Origin: Octopus sinensis
Lineage: Eukaryota
Length of the DNA stretch: 5,952 nt
Assembly (NCBI RefSeq): GCF_006345805.1
Contig: NW_021829550.1
Location: 1-5,952, forward strand
Direction: 5' to 3'
Notes under the pieces: generated by a model
Told to the model about the DNA's origin: nothing
Seen by the model: the letters and a program-made list of their open reading frames with translations, nothing else
Databases searched by the model: none
Shown here: piece by piece, positions 4,734 to 5,952 of the stretch
How the letters are laid out: the number at the start of each line of letters is the position of its first letter
Position numbering within the stretch: position 1 is the stretch's first letter
Translations under genes and position numbers: made by a program

Positions 4734-5952
4734 ATCAATATTGTTGCTCTCCTCTCACACATAAACTCTCTCCATCTCACCATCACCTAATTCTACTCCA
4801 ATGTCTCAGAAGCACCTCACTGACTACATCTCTCTCTATTCTCTCTCTTTCCCTTTCTCTCTCTCTCTCTTTCTCTCTCTCTTTAACCAAGATTGTTGCT
4901 CTCCTCTCTATCTCACCATCGCCAAAATTCTACTCCAATGTCTCAGAAGCACTTCACTGAATACATCTCACTCTATCTTCTCTCTTTCCCTTTCTCTCTC
5001 TCGTTCTCTTTCACCAAGAGTGTTGCTCTCCTTCTCTCACTCATAAACTCTCTCTATCTCACCATCGCCAAAATTCTACTCCAATGTCTCAGAAGTACTT
5101 CACTAACTACATCTCTCTCTATTCTCTCTCTTTCCCTTTCTCGTTCTTTCTCTTTCTCTCTCTTTCCCTTTCTCTCTCTCTCTCTCTTTCACCAAGATTG
5201 TTGCTCTCCTTCTCTCACTCATAAACTCTCTCTATCTCACCATCGCCTAATTCTACTCCAATGTCTCAGAAGTACTTCACTAACTACATCTCTCTCTATC
5301 CTCTCTCTATCCCCTCTCTTTCACTTCCTCTCTCTCTCTCTCTCTCTCTCTTTCACCAGAGATTGTTCTCTCCTTCTCACACACTCATAAACTCTCTATC
5401 TCTCACCATCGCCAAAATTCTACTCCAATGTCTCAGAAGTACTTCACTAACTAAACATCCCTCTCTATCCTCTCTCTTCCCTTTGTCCTCTCTCTCCTTC
5501 GCTCTCTCTTCTCTCTTTACACCAAATTGTTGTTCTCCTTCTCTCACTCATAAACTCTCTCTATCTCACCATCGCCAAAATTCTACTCCAATGTCTCAGA
5601 AGTACTTCACTAACTACATCCCTCTCTATCCTCTCTCTTTCCCTTTGTCTCTCTCTCGCTCTCTTTCACCAAAATTGTTGCTCTCCTTCTCTCACTCATA
5701 AACTCTCCCTATCTCACCACCGCCTAATTCTACTCTAATGTCTCAGAAGTACTTCACTAACTACATCTCACTCTATCTTCTCTCTTTCCCTTTCTCTCTC
5801 TCGTTCTCTTTCACCAAGAGTGTTGCTCTCCTTCTCTCACTCATAAACTCTCTCTCTCTCACCACCGCCTAATTCTACTCTAATGTCTCAGAAGCACTTC
5901 GCTGACTACATCTCTCTCTATCCTCTCTCTTTCCCTTTCTCTCTCTTTCCCT
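4733..5952 (+). repeat. CT-rich tandem satellite/minisatellite, at least 8 units of 137-177 bp, running off the window end
   Basis: The anchor CTACTCYAATGTCTCAGAAG recurs with its ATG at 4801, 4938, 5084, 5261, 5428, 5591, 5738 and 5883 (periods 137, 146, 177, 167, 163, 147, 145). The conserved core is TGTTGCTCTCC..CATAAACTCTC..CACCAYCGCC..AATTCTACTC, with a variable (CT)n spacer. Confidence 0.95.

Noticed and set aside
4801-5701. Ser/Leu-rich ORFs at 4801, 4893 and 5261
   Set aside because: These are by-products of CT-rich repeats that lack stop codons; the frame shifts between units, so there is no coding constraint.
4733-5952. CRISPR-like appearance (constant block with variable intervening sequence)
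   Set aside because: The spacers are homologous CT-rich sequence, the units are 137-177 bp, there are no cas genes and the context is eukaryotic.

Overview
Repeat-dense eukaryotic intergenic or intronic DNA with no credible host protein-coding gene. The SINE families resemble those I recall from octopus/coleoid cephalopod genomes; that assignment is pattern recognition, not a database result. From left to right the window holds: four copies or fragments of a ~415-bp tRNA-derived SINE with an internal (TA)n/(TG)n tract (family A); a head-to-tail, near-identical dimer of a tRNA-Arg-like SINE (family B) nested between an inverted pair of A copies; a phased cluster of heat-shock-element pentamers in unique DNA; an old copy of a third SINE (family C); and several microsatellites. 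These are followed by a ~1-kb decayed Penelope-like retroelement on the minus strand that retains the ORF N-terminus, thumb, Cys-rich linker and GIY-YIG start but lacks the RT catalytic core. The window ends in a >1.2-kb CT-rich satellite with 137-177-bp units. None of the supplied ORFs looks like an intact gene; only 3750..4061(-) has recognisable protein homology (Penelope-like).
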